Origin: Vicugna vicugna
Lineage: Eukaryota
Length of the DNA: 64,000 bases
Direction of reading: 5' to 3'
Assembly: GCA_013265495.1 (NCBI GenBank)
Contig: MU058384.1
Location: 5,638,792-5,702,791 of the forward strand
Shown: positions 38,195 through 52,109 of the stretch, one piece after another
Position numbering within the stretch: position 1 is the first letter of the stretch
Layout: each line of letters starts with the position of its first letter
Notes under the pieces: generated by a model
What the model was told of the DNA's origin: nothing
Database searches by the model: none
What the model saw: the letters and a program-made list of their open reading frames with translations, nothing else
Program-made: the position numbers and the translations under genes

Positions 38195-38395
38195 CTAGGG
38201 TTTTATTCGGCCAGCATTGTTTGTGTGCTTGGGCATTTTATTTGTTTGTTTTAATTTAAATTTAGAAGCACTTAGTAAGCAAGCACTCCCAGTTTGCCAC
38301 AATCCCTACTGCTCCCTAGTTTTATACTCGGGTCATAGGGCTGTACACATTTCCTGTTCCTACCAGCCCCTGAAGTCATTGAGTGTGCCCGCTTA
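38195..38395. mobile_element. MER102-like hAT-Charlie element
   Basis: gtttgccacaatccctactgctcccta...ccagcccctgaagtcattgagt. Confidence 0.65.
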
Positions 38396-39994
38396 CCCCT
38401 TAGTAGAAGCTAGTTCAATGATTTGCTTAAACCAAGAGGTGCAGTTTTTTTTCCCACATAATAATTTACAGTGTGACTTTGAGCAAATTACTGACATCTT
38501 TGGCTATCTTCTGACTCTGAAATTCTTTAAAAACATCTGTGGGTTGTTTGACAGCCTATGCTCAAGGTCATCCAAACTATTTGGAGAATTTCCAGCTGGG
38601 TAGCAAATAAAATGACAACTCTTTATATGATTTTTTGTGTGTTTTAAAATCCTTAATCCCTATGGTTTCTAATATTCAACAGATCATTTAAGTTTATAGG
38701 TCATTTGTATTCTTTGTAGTGAGATATAATATCTTTATATCCTTCTTCCTTAATAAAATCAGTTTATTTTTTTCTACAACCTAATGAAAGGACATGTTTC
38801 CACTATAAATTGAATGATTGTAAGACAATATTACATGAGTTTTGCTCTACATATAGAATATAAGATTTACATTTCAATACATCAAAATTCTTAATCAGTC
38901 AGGCCATACAAATTCATCTGACGAAATTTGTTTAAAATCTATTCGTAGTCACCCCAAAGTTAAGTCTATGGCAAAAGAGACATTGAAAGTAATCCAGAAT
39001 AAAAGATTGATTTTAAAACACAAGGTTGGTGACTAATCAGGAACAATTACCAAACTTCAAACTCAAAACCCTCCAAAGAAGAAGAATAAAAAAACTTTTC
39101 CATCTCTAATGAAATTTAGTACTTTTTAGGTTGATCAAAAACACATTTGGTACGGCCGTCAGGAAGAATTTCCATTGTCATCTCAAACTTTTAGACTTTC
39201 TTTTAGACTTTCATTAATGAATCAACTAAACACTTTGAATGCACCTTCTAACATGCTTATGGGGCCATAGAGTGCAAAGAATACTGTTGGAAACCTCCCA
39301 TGTTAACATTAGGATAGTAAATACAAAAAAAGATGATTTTCAACAGCCTGGAAAAGAGTACATATAAATAAAGCAATTAAAAGATACATATGTAATCAAA
39401 GAAAGAAATATGGTGATTTTAACTGCTTGAGATTCTTATAAACTTTAAAAGAAATTATTCTTTAAAAAATGAAACAAGACACTGTAAAAAGAGGGAGAAC
39501 TAAGACATCCGTGTTCCTAACAATGGCTGCAACAGTTTCTATTTTGCCTGTTACTGTCTTGCTTTGCCTATAGATAGTGCACATATTTTTACATTTGCAA
39601 TGACAGTGATTGAACAATTCTGTATTTGGATCTCTTTCATATAATTATGTTCTAAACATTTTCCATATTGCTACAGTCTTCACAATATTTATTTTTAGTG
39701 ATGGCATAATATTCCATCAAATTGCTTAAACATTCTTTTGCTGTTGCAATTTTAGTTTATTCTCGGTGTATTTTTAAAAATCTAATTGTCAGCATTACTA
39801 ACTAAAATTCAGTACTGTGATTTTATCTTTTCATCCTTTTAGTATACACTAATTTCACCAATTGGTTGACTGTAAAAGAACCCTCAAGAGTTTCAAAGAC
39901 CATGGACAAGACATACTAGATCAGGATAAATTTTTAGCATTTGATGACAAGTTTTATAGCACCCCAACACTTGCTAAAACTGCATGCTTGTAAA

Positions 39995-40220
39995 GGAATA
40001 GATGCTGGATTCAAGGTGCCTGGGTCCTGCCTTTGCTTGATACCAGCATTGTGTCTTGGGGACTTTTGCTTCACTTCTCTGTGCCTCTGTTTTCTCATCT
40101 GCAAAGTGGGACTCATAATAGTGCATATCTTGTAAGACTGTTCTCAGGATTAAACAAAATGATGTATGTTAAACACTTAGAACAGTGTGTTTCATACTAA
40201 AATGCTATGTAAATGTTATC
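39995..40220 (+). mobile_element. MIR SINE
   Basis: cttcacttctctgtgcctctgttttctcatctgcaaagtggg...aggattaaac...acacttagaacagtg. Confidence 0.85.
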
Positions 40221-41143
40221 CTTTTAATATTGGAATAGCTTTACATTGTTTTCTCTATCTTACAGGAATTCTACATGCAAGCAAGACAAGTGGAAAGTTT
40301 TCACTTTAAAAAAAAAGTGAGATAATTTCTTAGGCAGAAGCAGCTTCTTTTATAATCAAGTTTTTGCAATAGTAAAATATATGTTAATTCATTTAGCAGC
40401 AATTAGAATCTAACTATGTGGTTAGTATTTTCTCTGGTTAGAATAACTGGCAATCCACCTTAGATGTTTGTGAACTGCCATGCTAACAACAAAATCATAA
40501 GAGTCAAAGTAAAATAGGGACCATCTACTAACACTATGTGCAGGCAAACACTTGGACATTAACAAATACTGCAAAATCTGCACAGGAAATATTATTACCC
40601 CAATCTTACCGATGGGGAGAGAGATTCAGTGAGGTGAAATGACCCGCCAAAAAACATATGTTCCTGGAAAATGAGTGGCCAGCACTGATCGATTCAGGTT
40701 ATGTTAAGGTTTAACAGATAGGGACATTGTGAGACTCTTTCCATGAGTGTCCATTCCACCATATTTTATCACCAAATCCCCATTAAACATCAAAAGAGAT
40801 AAAATGCATTTTTTTTTGCACGTTTTAGGTACGAAGATGGATCAAGAGCCCAATGGTCAGTGTGGACAAGCATCAGAGTCCCAGCCTGAAGTACTCGGGC
40901 CCCTCAGTGGTCCACATCCCGCCAGGGGAGCCAGACTTCGAGCCTTCCTTGTGTCAGACGTGCCTGGGGGACCACGCTTTCCAAAGAGGGGTTCTCTCTC
41001 CGGAGAAGGAGTCATGCTCATGGGAAACTCAATCCGGGTGTGAAGTAAGTGCATTTTGCTCTGGTTCCATTCTCCTGAAAGGATTCTAGGCCTTTGTTTT
41101 TCTTGTATTCATGCCATAGTATGTCCCCTCAAAATGTATTTTT

Positions 41144-41279
41144 ATGTATTTATTTTTGAGGTGGGGGTGGTGGTAATTAGGTTTATTTATTTATTTTTTA
41201 AGTGGAAGCACTGAGGATTGACCTCAAGACCTCATGCATGCTAAACATACACTCTACCACTGAGCTATAGCCTCCCCCA
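41144..41279 (-). mobile_element. vic-1-type SINE
   Basis: ctctaccactgagctatagcctcccc is the reverse complement of the head; TSD caaaat(g/t)tattttt at about 41130 and 41280. Confidence 0.9.
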
Positions 41280-41379
41280 CAAAATTTATTTTTTAACGCA
41301 CATTTATAAAGCTTCTAAGGAGGATAATAGAATTGTGGCCTTTGTTAGCCCATTGTACTAATTTTTAAAAAATATGTCT

Positions 41380-41598
41380 TATTTTTTATTGACATGTAAT
41401 TGATTTATAATGTTAGTTTCAAGTGTACAGCAAAGCAATTCAGTTTTTTACATATATATATATATATTATATATATATATATATATATTTATTCAGATTC
41501 TTTTCCATTACAGTTCATTACAAGGACTTGAATACGGTTCCCTGTGCTACCTAGTAGGTCCTTGCTGTATATCTATTTTATATATAGTAATGTTGTAC
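41380..41598 (-). mobile_element. Artiodactyl-type L1 3' tail containing a (TA)n tract
   Basis: ttttttattgacatgtaattgatttataatgttagtttcaagtgtacagc...gttccctgtgcta...gtaggtccttg. Confidence 0.88.
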
Positions 41599-41602
41599 TA
41601 AT

Positions 41603-42010
41603 TTTTTTTAAATCGACTTCATATTTTAGAGCTCAATTCACAACAAAACTGAGAGGAAGGTACAGAAATTTCCCATACCTCCTCTGCCCCGACACATACA
41701 TAGCCTCCTCCACTATCAACATCCCCACCAGAGTGGTGGGTTTGTTACAACTGATGAACCTACATTGACACAGCGTCACCCAAAATCCATAGTTTACATA
41801 AGGATTAACTCTTGATGTTGTACATTCTACAGGTTTGGACAAATGTGTAATGACATGTATCCATTATTAGGGTATCATACAGAACCGTTTCACTGCCCTA
41901 AAAACCCATCTATTCATCCTTCTCATCCCCCAACCCCTGGTAACAGCTGATATTTCACTGCCTTCATAGTTTTGCTTTTCCAGATGCCATATTAGTTGGA
42001 ATCATACAGT
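41603..42010 (-). mobile_element. L1MC1-type 3' end
   Basis: aacatccccaccagagtgg...gatgaacctacattgacac...cacccaaaatccatagtttacat...ggtttggacaaatgt. Confidence 0.9.
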
Positions 42011-43023
42011 GCGCTGTCCTAAGTTTTTATGCTGTTCTAAGATGGATACAGCAATGTTTTGGTCAACTAGAAATTCCTCATAAGTTTTTTGATCACATAG
42101 AGATCAATTCTTGTATGATGCAAGAAATGTAACAGTGGTCTAAAGTTTGTAACCTCCACTGAAATATTTAGTGCAACATCATCTGACCTGTAACAGAAAA
42201 CTATATCAATCTTTCACTACTTTTCCCATATGTACTCATATTTTTGATATACACTTATATTTTTACTGACTTATTTTTCTCTGTTACTACAAGAGTTTTA
42301 GGGGGTTTTGTTTGTTTGTTTTTTAATTTTGCTAATCCAAGAAAATCAGGTAACTGACTTATCTTGTGATAAGTTCTAAGATTTAAACAATTTAAAATTG
42401 TATTTTTAACTTATAACTCAATTAGGCTTATTTATTTTGACTTGTAAACCATCAGATTAAATGTTTATCTTATTTTTGTTACCAACTTATTGACATAAAA
42501 ACATGACTTGAAGACAACAAGACATATTATTACAAAGTACAATTGATTGCAAGTGATCTTCCAATATATTATCTCAAATTAGTGCATCATAAGATGATAA
42601 ATGTTAATAAAGCCACACACCCTCCTTTTTTCCCAAAGTCAGCATTTTCCAGAGATGAAGGGATCATTTTAGCTGCTAAAAGAAAAGATAAAAACACTTG
42701 AATCTGAATTCTTTTTAACCCTGAGATATGCAGTGTATAATACCTGCTGGCTTACTTTCCAGGGTTATTGGCAACATCAAATGAGACAACATTTATGATA
42801 TATGTTGTAATCTATAAAGTGCCAGGCAAATATAAATCATCCTCACTTACATTTGCTAACTTACATATTGGCCAAGCCTGTGAATCTGTAACACTGAATT
42901 AGACTTCCATGACCAGGTGAGCAGTTGCTGATCTATGAACATTTGTTATGGGCATCTGTTATTTAGCTAGACACTAGCTTAACTCCACGTTGGTCATAAA
43001 AGGCAATACATAGATTCTAAATG

Positions 43024-43234
43024 CAGGGATGGACATCCTTTCTCTGTAAAGGGCCCGAGAGCAAATATTTTAGGCTTTGCAGGCCGTACAGTCTGTCATT
43101 TCTATTCAGCTCTGCCCTTGTAGGGAAAGCAGCCATAGATAACATACAAATGAATGGACCTGACTGTGTTCAAATGAAACTTTGATTCACAAAAACACGT
43201 GGCCGGTCCACCAGTCATAGTTTGCAGATTCCTG
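43024..43234. mobile_element. MER58A (hAT-Charlie MITE)
   Basis: CAGGG...tctgtaaagggcc...aaatattttaggctttgcaggcc...gcagccatagata...atagtttgcagattcCTG. Confidence 0.9.
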
Positions 43235-44789
43235 GATTCAGTCTGAAAGAGTCTGCCAACTTCTAAAGAGTCAAAAGAACTATTCATGACTCACAGGCAG
43301 AGAGAGGGCTCTGAAAACCTTATACAGAGCACCAATGCCTGGTACTAAATGTTTACTTGAGGGCCTACTATATGCCTGTCTGCTGGGGAGGAGGGGTGGA
43401 TTAATGAGTAAATGGAATTTCACTCAGGAGGAAACAATAAACAAAGAGCTGGAAGGAATTTAAAACAACATTGTGATTCATCTTTTTACTTTATCCAGGA
43501 TTATAGGTGAATCCATCTCCAATTTACAATGGATTACCTGGTCCTGCCTTAGCTGGGGCTTTTTCTTAAGGTCACCACAAAACAAGAAGACACTTACATT
43601 TTAACAGTTTAAAAATGAATCTATATTTTGTGGTCCTTTAGGGGGTTAAACCATGAAAAATTTCCTTGAGAAGGCACTTCTATCCTTTTAGGAAATGGAG
43701 TTGTGTGCTGAGGAGGTGGAGAGGCTGTTAGACACGGGGGCCTGGTAGTGAAGACCTCAGGTTGTCTCTCTGACAACTTCTCACGTGGATTATTTTAAGC
43801 AACTCATTAATCCATCCTTTCTGCTCAGTGTTCCCTCCTATGAAAATTGAGATTATTCATGCTTGCCATCGGGTTTCTTTCCAGGAGTCTTTTAGTGCTT
43901 TGCAGATGAGATAGGATTTTTAAAATCTTTTGTAAACGTAAAATTGATGTATAAACAGTGTTCTGGGGTCAGGCAACCCACATTCTGGTGCCAGCTCTGT
44001 CACAAGGTCAATATATGAACTCGAGCATGTCACAAAAGCTCTCAAACATCAGATGTTGGGAATAACCTAATTAACTCTCAAACCCTTTTTAGTCTGAAAT
44101 CGTGTAGTTGGAATTTGATGACCTATAAATGAAAATAAACTGTATTTGATGTACAAAGATAAAGCATAGAAAATGAAGTGAGAATGTTTTAAATAAGATA
44201 AGAAAGCAAACAAAGTACAAGTCCTTTATAAATAATTGTAGAGGTTTTTTTCCCTGACTTTAAGAATAGTACATTCTAAATGTTACCTTGAATGGCAAAA
44301 AAAAAAAAATCTCTAAGAGTTCTGTTGCAGTTAGTTTGTTCTTGGCCTTGTCAATTGTCTAGTTAGTAGCCTTTAAACATGTTTCTCCCTTGGAAGAAAC
44401 TGGGATATTATACATATTGCCAACAAACCACCCAGAAGAATGGCAATATCTTGATGTTACTAGCAGTGCTGTCTAAAATGGACTGTTTATTAAACAGACT
44501 TTTCTGGAAATGAGATGGGAAGAGGATAACACAGAGCTGAGTAAACTGTTACTGAATAATGCATGCCAGTGGAACTCAAGTTGAATCAACTTTTAGGCCA
44601 TAAAGAGGTAGTAATCAAAGTAGTTTTTCGATGGGTGCATGCTGATTAAACATATTCGCAAACTCTGTCCTTCAGTGCATCTCTCACTGCACCTTCCATA
44701 TCCAAATCGACCGAGCTGGAAGGAAGGGCAAGGAGTGCTTTGGAGTCGGGGTGAGGCAGGAAATCCGGTGTGAGGGAAAGCAGAGAGTC

Positions 44790-46200
44790 AGATCAAGATG
44801 GCAGCCTGAACATTTAATGTCATCTCTTCTTCTTGCCTTAAATGGCAGAAAACACACACATGGCCACCCACGTTTTAATTTATAGTAGTGCTAGAAAATG
44901 AGGCATGCTGCTGGACAGAGAAGGGGTAACTAAGAATCTCTGAAAAACAGAAGGCAGGTAGGATTATGAGGCTGATGAGAAAACCACAGTCCAAAATGAT
45001 GACGTCAAAGAACAGATGTGATAGGTGGGGACACTGCAAGCTCGTGTACTCAAAAGGACCTCGTCGGTCAGCTGGAAAAGAAAGATGTTCCAGGAGAGAC
45101 CTAATAAAAGGGAAGTAATGTGAACAATATTACTGTCAGAAAAATTATCATGTAAGACAAAAAAAATTTGAAAGGAATACAGGGGACTCTTTCACATTGA
45201 TGAAAAAGCTACTGAGAAGATACAACATTCACCAACCTTTATGCACTTAACAGCATAACATGGAACTATTGAAAGTGCCAAATAATAGAAATACAAAGAA
45301 AAATTGAAAATTCATACCACAGAAGGATATTTTTGTCTTAGTTCTCCCAGAAATTGCCAGGTCAAGAAGACTAACAATATGTGAGGATTGAGGGTTTTAA
45401 TAACACAATGAACCAAATCTGATTTGTGCTGAGATTTGTATCTAGTCAACAAAGAATATACTTTAAGCACACATGGAACAGTTACAAAAACTGACCAAGA
45501 AGTAGCTCATCAAATTCCAAAAAGCAGAGATCACACTAGCTGATTACAACTTGATAAAATTAGAAACCGAAAACAGTGTGAGAGCCGAACACCATCCTTG
45601 GCCAACTCACCCACCTGGTATTCCTAAACACTCGTCCTACAACTCTCGACTTACGTAGGAAATTAAAAAAAGAAAATTAAAAACTATTTTAAGTGCTTAC
45701 ACCACCATCTGGGAAATGCAAATTGGAACATTGAAATCCCGTTTGTTTTTAACCCATCTGATTATTAGAGGTGGAAAAGATTGATAATGTCATATTGGTA
45801 AAAGTAAGGGCCAAACACTACTGGTGGGAGGATTTGGGGACAATGTTCCTCTATTACAAATGTTTACATCCCGTGCCTTTTAACTTAGCAAATCTATATT
45901 TCTACCTTCACCTTAGATGCATACTTGCTTCTGTTGATAGTGGGGACAGGTACAATGATACTCAGTTAGAAAAGCAAACTGAAGATTGGTATGTGGATAG
46001 CAGCATCACGGTTTTTTTTAACTTCGGATTTCTCTTTTCATGTCTGTGTGTGTGTGTGTGTGTATCAATGAGTGTATCTGTGTGTCTGTACAAATGCAAA
46101 TAAAAAGATCTGGGAGTATACACTTCAAACTTTTGAAATGGTGATGACACTTTTCCAAGGATTCAAATGGAGAGATGATGAGGTGGGGGAGAAAAATCAA
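44790..46200 (+). mobile_element. Fragmented old L1 (L1M/L1ME): 5' fragment, endonuclease region and 3' UTR pieces
   Basis: caagatggcagcc head; aacctttatgcacttaacagc...aagcacacatggaacagttacaaaaactgacca (EN domain relic); ggaaatgcaaatt...aagattgataatg. Confidence 0.7.
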
Positions 46201-46212
46201 GAAGGACTTTAG

Positions 46213-46360
46213 GGGGAGGGTATAGGTCAGAGCACATGCTTAGCATGCACAAGGTCCTGGGTTCAATCCCCAGTATTCCTTTTTTAAAATAATAATAATG
46301 ATGATAATAAATAAACCTAATTACTTCACCCAAAAAACAAATTGAAAAAATACAAAAATA
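46213..46360 (+). mobile_element. vic-1-type SINE (small deletion in A-box region)
   Basis: GGGGAGGGTATAGGTCAGAGCACATGCTTAGCATGCACAAGGTCCTGGGTTCAATCCCCAG; flanking aag(g/a)actttag repeat. Confidence 0.9.
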
Positions 46361-47361
46361 AAAGAACTTTAGTTTTGCCTATAATGGTTGAATCTCTCAA
46401 GACCATATTAATATATTACTTGTGGGTTTGGGGAAAATATTATGCCCACCAGGAAACTCACTTGTAGAAAATGAAGGTACACTCAGTCTCACTGGTGGAA
46501 AGTCAGGGACCATCACAAAGATGGCTTTGCACCATGAGAGCATCTTATCTCTACACTATAAAGAAATCAAGAGGAAACATACGGTATTTGTGCTCCCACA
46601 GCATCTTGCTTATCCTGCCGTCAGTCATTTCACCCTGCCGCGTGTGGTGGCTGTGTGCACACCCATTCATTCCTCAAGCTCCTCACGGTTTTTAAATCCA
46701 GAATGTTCATTTCTTATCACCCCCAGAGCCTTGCTACATGCTAAAAGTTAATGTGCCCCTTTTCTTTCCATTTGCCTTTATTAGCTGAAATCGAAATTTT
46801 GTTCATGCAATTTTTTTTTTAAAACATGAAAAGGAGAGACTAAGAAAACACTGTAGCCTATGCATGCTGGTTATAAATCACACGCGTTCCAGACGCGCTG
46901 GCTGCCTAGGGCTCATGACTGATTCTCGTTAACTTTGCCCTCTCATCTGGGATAGATTTGGCTGAGTGAGGATTTCCTCAGACTCCTCTGTCTGTCTTTC
47001 AACTGAAGACAGCTCGAAAAGTGCTTAGTCAGCGGCCAAAAACTGGAGCCAGGACCCTGCGTGCTGACTTTAAGGCCTGGTGGAGTCAGTCCCCTGGAAA
47101 GAGCTGCCAACTTGGAGGAATTATTAACCACGCTACTACAGACCCAAGAATTAATGTTGAGCCCTTGATGTGATTAAATATAAGGTCACTGCCTCTTCAT
47201 CCTCCTCAGCAAATCACCACAGACAATAATAGAAGGCACTTTTAATTAAGCCAACTTGACACAGTTCTGGGAGGGCATCCTCCCCCTGCGGCTTGCTCAG
47301 CACTTTGGGTGTCTCCTCTCCATCTGCAAAGCCACTACAGCTCAAGGAGGAGCACTGTTAC

Positions 47362-47503
47362 CTTCGTTTTCCTTCTCAAAGCTGTTGAGCTGTTCCTTTG
47401 ATGCCCAGGAAGCCTGGTAGTAAAATGGTCAGCTGAGGAATAGTTTCCATACCGATTTACTTTCACATCATCTGGAGTTCTTCTGATCTTTCTTAAGAAA
47501 AGG
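47362..47503 (-). other. Candidate internal exon (142 nt) of an unidentified minus-strand transcript
   Basis: Branch-like CTGAC followed by ttacgtctgtcttttatAG acceptor; GAAG|gtaaca donor; one frame is open throughout. Confidence 0.35.
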
Positions 47504-48699
47504 CTATAAAAGACAGACGTAAGTCAGCCAGATGGCTTTGTAGATTTCTGGTTTCTTTCAATTTACATAGTAAAAATGGGTTTTTGTGAAGGTTCATGGG
47601 GAATAAAATAATCGTGCTTCAAATCACCATCTTCCTCCAGTTTTCTGCTCTTGGCATGACGTATCATGGTCTCTGGGGGAATGTCTGGTGATTTCTAAGC
47701 TTATCACCCACAAGAATCCTTGTTCTGCACCAGATTTTAAGCCATGTGATTTTTGAGAAGGCACTTATCACATAAAACAAAAGATCAGGCACTGAGGGAG
47801 GGACAGGAAGATGCCCTTTTCTTCCGCTCGGTGTACTTAGGATGTGGCAAAGTGGATGACATTCTATCCAGAACCAGAAAACCTGGGCTCTGCATCCAGC
47901 TCTGCCATTGGTGGGTCACGTGACTGTCTGCCTGCTCCTTGATCTCCGGAGGCCGACCTGCAAGCACCGCCCACCTCAACTGCCGGATGAGAGGATGGGT
48001 GTCAAATGAGAGAGCATGTGTGGAAACTCCTAAAAAAAAAAAAAAAAAACATAAACAGCATTTGAAATATTATTAGTTGGCAAATACACTTCAGGGTGAC
48101 AAAGGCTGAAAAGACTTTAAAGCAAAAAAATCAGTCTTAAGCAAAACATTCATCACATTACTAAGCTTTCCTATCTATGGTAATAGTAATAATAATAACA
48201 GAGAATACTACCTGGGAAATAATATGTTTTGGGAAACATTAAGTTGCCCTCTTGGAGAGTGAAAACCCCTATAATCACTATTGCCAGTAATATCTGAATA
48301 TTATTGTTCTAAGAGTGAGGTAGAAGTGGAAAAAAAAGGTAGTTTTATTCCCCCCAAAACTTGGAATTTTTTCCCCTAGAAAAGCATTAAAAAAAAAAAG
48401 GCATTAAAAAAATTATTTCAGGCAGGAGTATGGAAAACAGAGGAAACTCTACTGGTTTTTCTTGGAAGTTTTCAATATTTTTTCTCTTTATTCTACAGTA
48501 ATTTGAAGTGTCCTAAGTAACTTACAATTCAAGCATTTCTCTTTGTCTAAGAGCCAGAGGAAAGATCACCTTGGTATCTTATAGCTTTTGTTGAGAGCTA
48601 CCAGTTAGCTGAAATTTCCATTTTTAGATTTCATATGTCTTTTAACATAACTCTTATCTCCTTCCTGACTTTTCCCCATAATTTTCAAAAATTATACAA

Positions 48700-49500
48700 G
48701 AATGACCATAACAGCATTATTGAGATTTTTCTTTACATGCCGACTGTTTTTATTTTTTGTGTGTGCTATCTTTGCAGTACCCTCGCCCCGTGTTCCTAAT
48801 TTTGTCCATGATTGTATCACAGTGTGTATATATGACAATGAAGCTGCCTTTTTTCCACTTATCATTTATTGAAAACATTTGTATGTTGCAACATAAATTT
48901 CATCATTATTATGGTTAACGTTGCATCAAACTGGTATCATTTAATGTAACCATAGACTTTAGTTGGCCCTTTCATTTTATTGATTTTTTTCTCTCTTTTG
49001 GATAAGGCAGCAAATGATTTTTCCCCTCAACTTGAATAATCTTAGACTAAATTGAACCTTAGAATAAATTCCCAGTAATGGAGTAGCGCTTAAAGATAAT
49101 TGTGGTTCTTGTCAAAATACTTTCAAGACCAATTTAGAAACAGTCAAGTCAATAAAAATGCCACTGGCACCATATGTGTAAATCTACTCCACTAGCATTT
49201 TATCCCTTGAAGATAGTGGCATGTTTTAATTTTTGCTCAATTAATTAAATGATACTTCAGTGATGTGATATGCCTCTCTTTGATTACCAAAAATGTAAGC
49301 AATTTTTCTGTTTTTTTAACTAATTACTTGCAATTCTTCATGGGAACTTTTTTGTCCTGTCCTTGCTTCTTTATCTGCCAGAATTTTGCATTTATTTTTG
49401 TCGGTTTAAATGAATTACTTCTATGTAGACTTACGTTCTGTTTCAATGTCTTTCAAGTCTATCTGTGGCAGATTTTTCCCCCAATCTAAGTCTTGGTTAT
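48700..49500 (-). mobile_element. Old L1ME/HAL1-type fragment
   Basis: T-rich reverse-strand L1 motifs (taaattcccagtaatgg, tgcctctctttgattacc, gtggcagatttttccccc); boundaries approximate. Confidence 0.55.
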
Positions 49501-51109
49501 TATAGTCACAAGAATGAACCAGGTCTGCTTTTCGTAGTATTAGAAAGGGGACAGCCACATCAGCTTAAAGCTAAAAGAAGCACACTCCTTTCCACCCAGA
49601 AAGGTACAGGGCAGGACCCTGTTGCCAACAGAAAGCCTGCATGTGAAAAAATGCCAGGTCCTGGGTGATTATGGCTTTCTGTCTGCCACGTGCACATGCT
49701 GTGTCTGGCCAGAGAGCTCGATAACTAGGAAGCTGGCTCCTCCTCCTCCAAGAGGACTTCCGTGTTTCCAGCCCATGTATCCAGGTCTCAGAGCCAGGAG
49801 GCCACCTCCATCCAAGTCAGTGCCGCCCCTTTCTTCCAGAGGCGAGGGCCGGGAGTCTGGAGGGGAGTTCTGCCAGGATCAGAGCACCAGAGGAGGCAGC
49901 TTGGCCTCCCAGTCACCGCCTCTCCTGCTAGGCACTGACCAAAGGATTGCTTTATCCACAACTTGGCAGACACTTCTGCAGTATTTAAAGGCATGATTCA
50001 AGTCACAGAAATTAAATTTGAGAGTCAGACGACTGTGGAATAAAACAAGTTTATGCTTGCATTCATAGCTCACTGCATTTTGATTACCTAAGCTCTTCTA
50101 TGAGTTACATCCCACCAGTGTGCCTCGTTCCCAGGAGATAAGTCTGGAAAGGGAGAAGGGAACTGATCCAGCCTAGTCAGAACATGAAATATTCCAGGAA
50201 ATTTACTCCCTGTCCTCTCCTGAAAATCTCTAGCCAGTGGTTACAGTTACCCTTGGTTTGGAGCACGTTTTGTTGGCTCTTGCTGTATGTAACCAAACCT
50301 ATCCTACTTCTAATTAAACCTACTCCTTTTAGTATAATCCTTCCCAGAAACTGTATGACTATTTTCCACTATAATAATATCCCTGCTTAGTAGTTTTGAG
50401 ACTTTAAACATTTTAAAAGGCTTTTTACAAACTACTAAAATTCCACAGGCAACATCAGAATTTAAGAAATAAAGCAAAGTCTAATAATAGTATGTCATTT
50501 GATTTTTTAAATCATTATTTCTCTTTTTTTCTCAAAGTTTACAGCTATATATTTTTTATTGGATTGCTTATTAAAATGACAGAATTTAACCCATCAAGTA
50601 GTGTAAACTACTCTATACAGAACAAGTTAAAGACATGAAAAATTTTGAGAAAGATTTAATGATAATTACTTGAAACAGTATAACTTATCTCTAAACTTTA
50701 TCTTTGGGGATCTGAAAAGATTCTTCTTATAAACCTTCTAAAAAAAAGTAACTAAAAATGATTACTATCACCTTGATACTTCCTATTCACATCAAGTAAA
50801 TTGCTTCTTGTTCATTCTGCTTACACACAGACTTGGATAAACACCTAAATGTGTCCAGAAACACATTTGCCCATGGTGTTCATCATAAATACGTCATTCT
50901 ATTTTCACTTGTCTTTGTGAGCTAGTAAATAAGTCAATCTACTTCTAAGCAAGATTCTAGCAAAACTCAATTTGGGTGACATCATCTCTTTAGAGAATCA
51001 TTACAACTGATATTATGTAAGTGACTCAGCTGTATTCCATAAGGAGATTAAACTTTTCTTATTGACCTTGAGTAGCAGGCATTGGTGTAAGAACATATTA
51101 AAAATCTCT

Positions 51110-51290
51110 TTGATAGATAAACAACAAAGTCCTACTATATAGCACAGGAAACTATATTCAATACTTTGTGAGGTCTATAATGAAAAAGAATATGAAAAGG
51201 AATATATATATTTTAATGGTTCACTATGCTGTATATCAGAAATTAACACAATATTGTAAATCAACTATGCTTCAAAATTTAAAAAAAAAA
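51110..51290 (+). mobile_element. Artiodactyl-type L1 3' tail
   Basis: gataaacaacaaagtcctactatatagcacaggaaactatattcaata...cactatgctgtatatcagaaattaacacaatattgtaaatcaactat plus poly-A. Confidence 0.92.
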
Positions 51291-51626
51291 CCCTTTGAAG
51301 TCTAGTCAAACTTTACAGCTTGCTATCTATAATTTTAGTGTACTTTTCCAATGCCCATCAGCCTTGATAACTATAAAAACACAATTCTACCCTCAATTCA
51401 CTTTTCTCTCTTGTGCCAGTAGGTGGTTTTCCTTTTGAGCTGATTTTAAAATGACCTTTTAAGAGATTCACCTAGATTTCTACTTGAGGGAAAATGCAAG
51501 AATCCAACACCTCAGGCAGAGTTAGATAAGTAGCAGACAGGTGGCTCCCTAGTTAAGTAAAATAGGGAGCTGGGGTTATAGATCTATGTAGATGAGAAAA
51601 TGCTAAATGCATTAAATTGGTAGCAC

Positions 51627-51870
<244 letters not shown>

Positions 51871-52109
51871 ACCATTGAATGACCATTACAATTCTCTTCT
51901 TGGTTTAGCATTGCTTGTTTCAGCAGCTCTGAGTTATTTTTAAAACAAGCAAATTGATACTAGCATGAAGACAGACCTTTCAGGTAGGGATCACCTATGC
52001 AAATGGTGAGAGGGACACCAGAATGTGGAATCTCCTCTGAGCTTATGACAGAGTTTTGGTTCTTTCTCTCAACTAGTGTTTACTGATGGGCCAGGCGGAA
52101 GTAGTAAGT

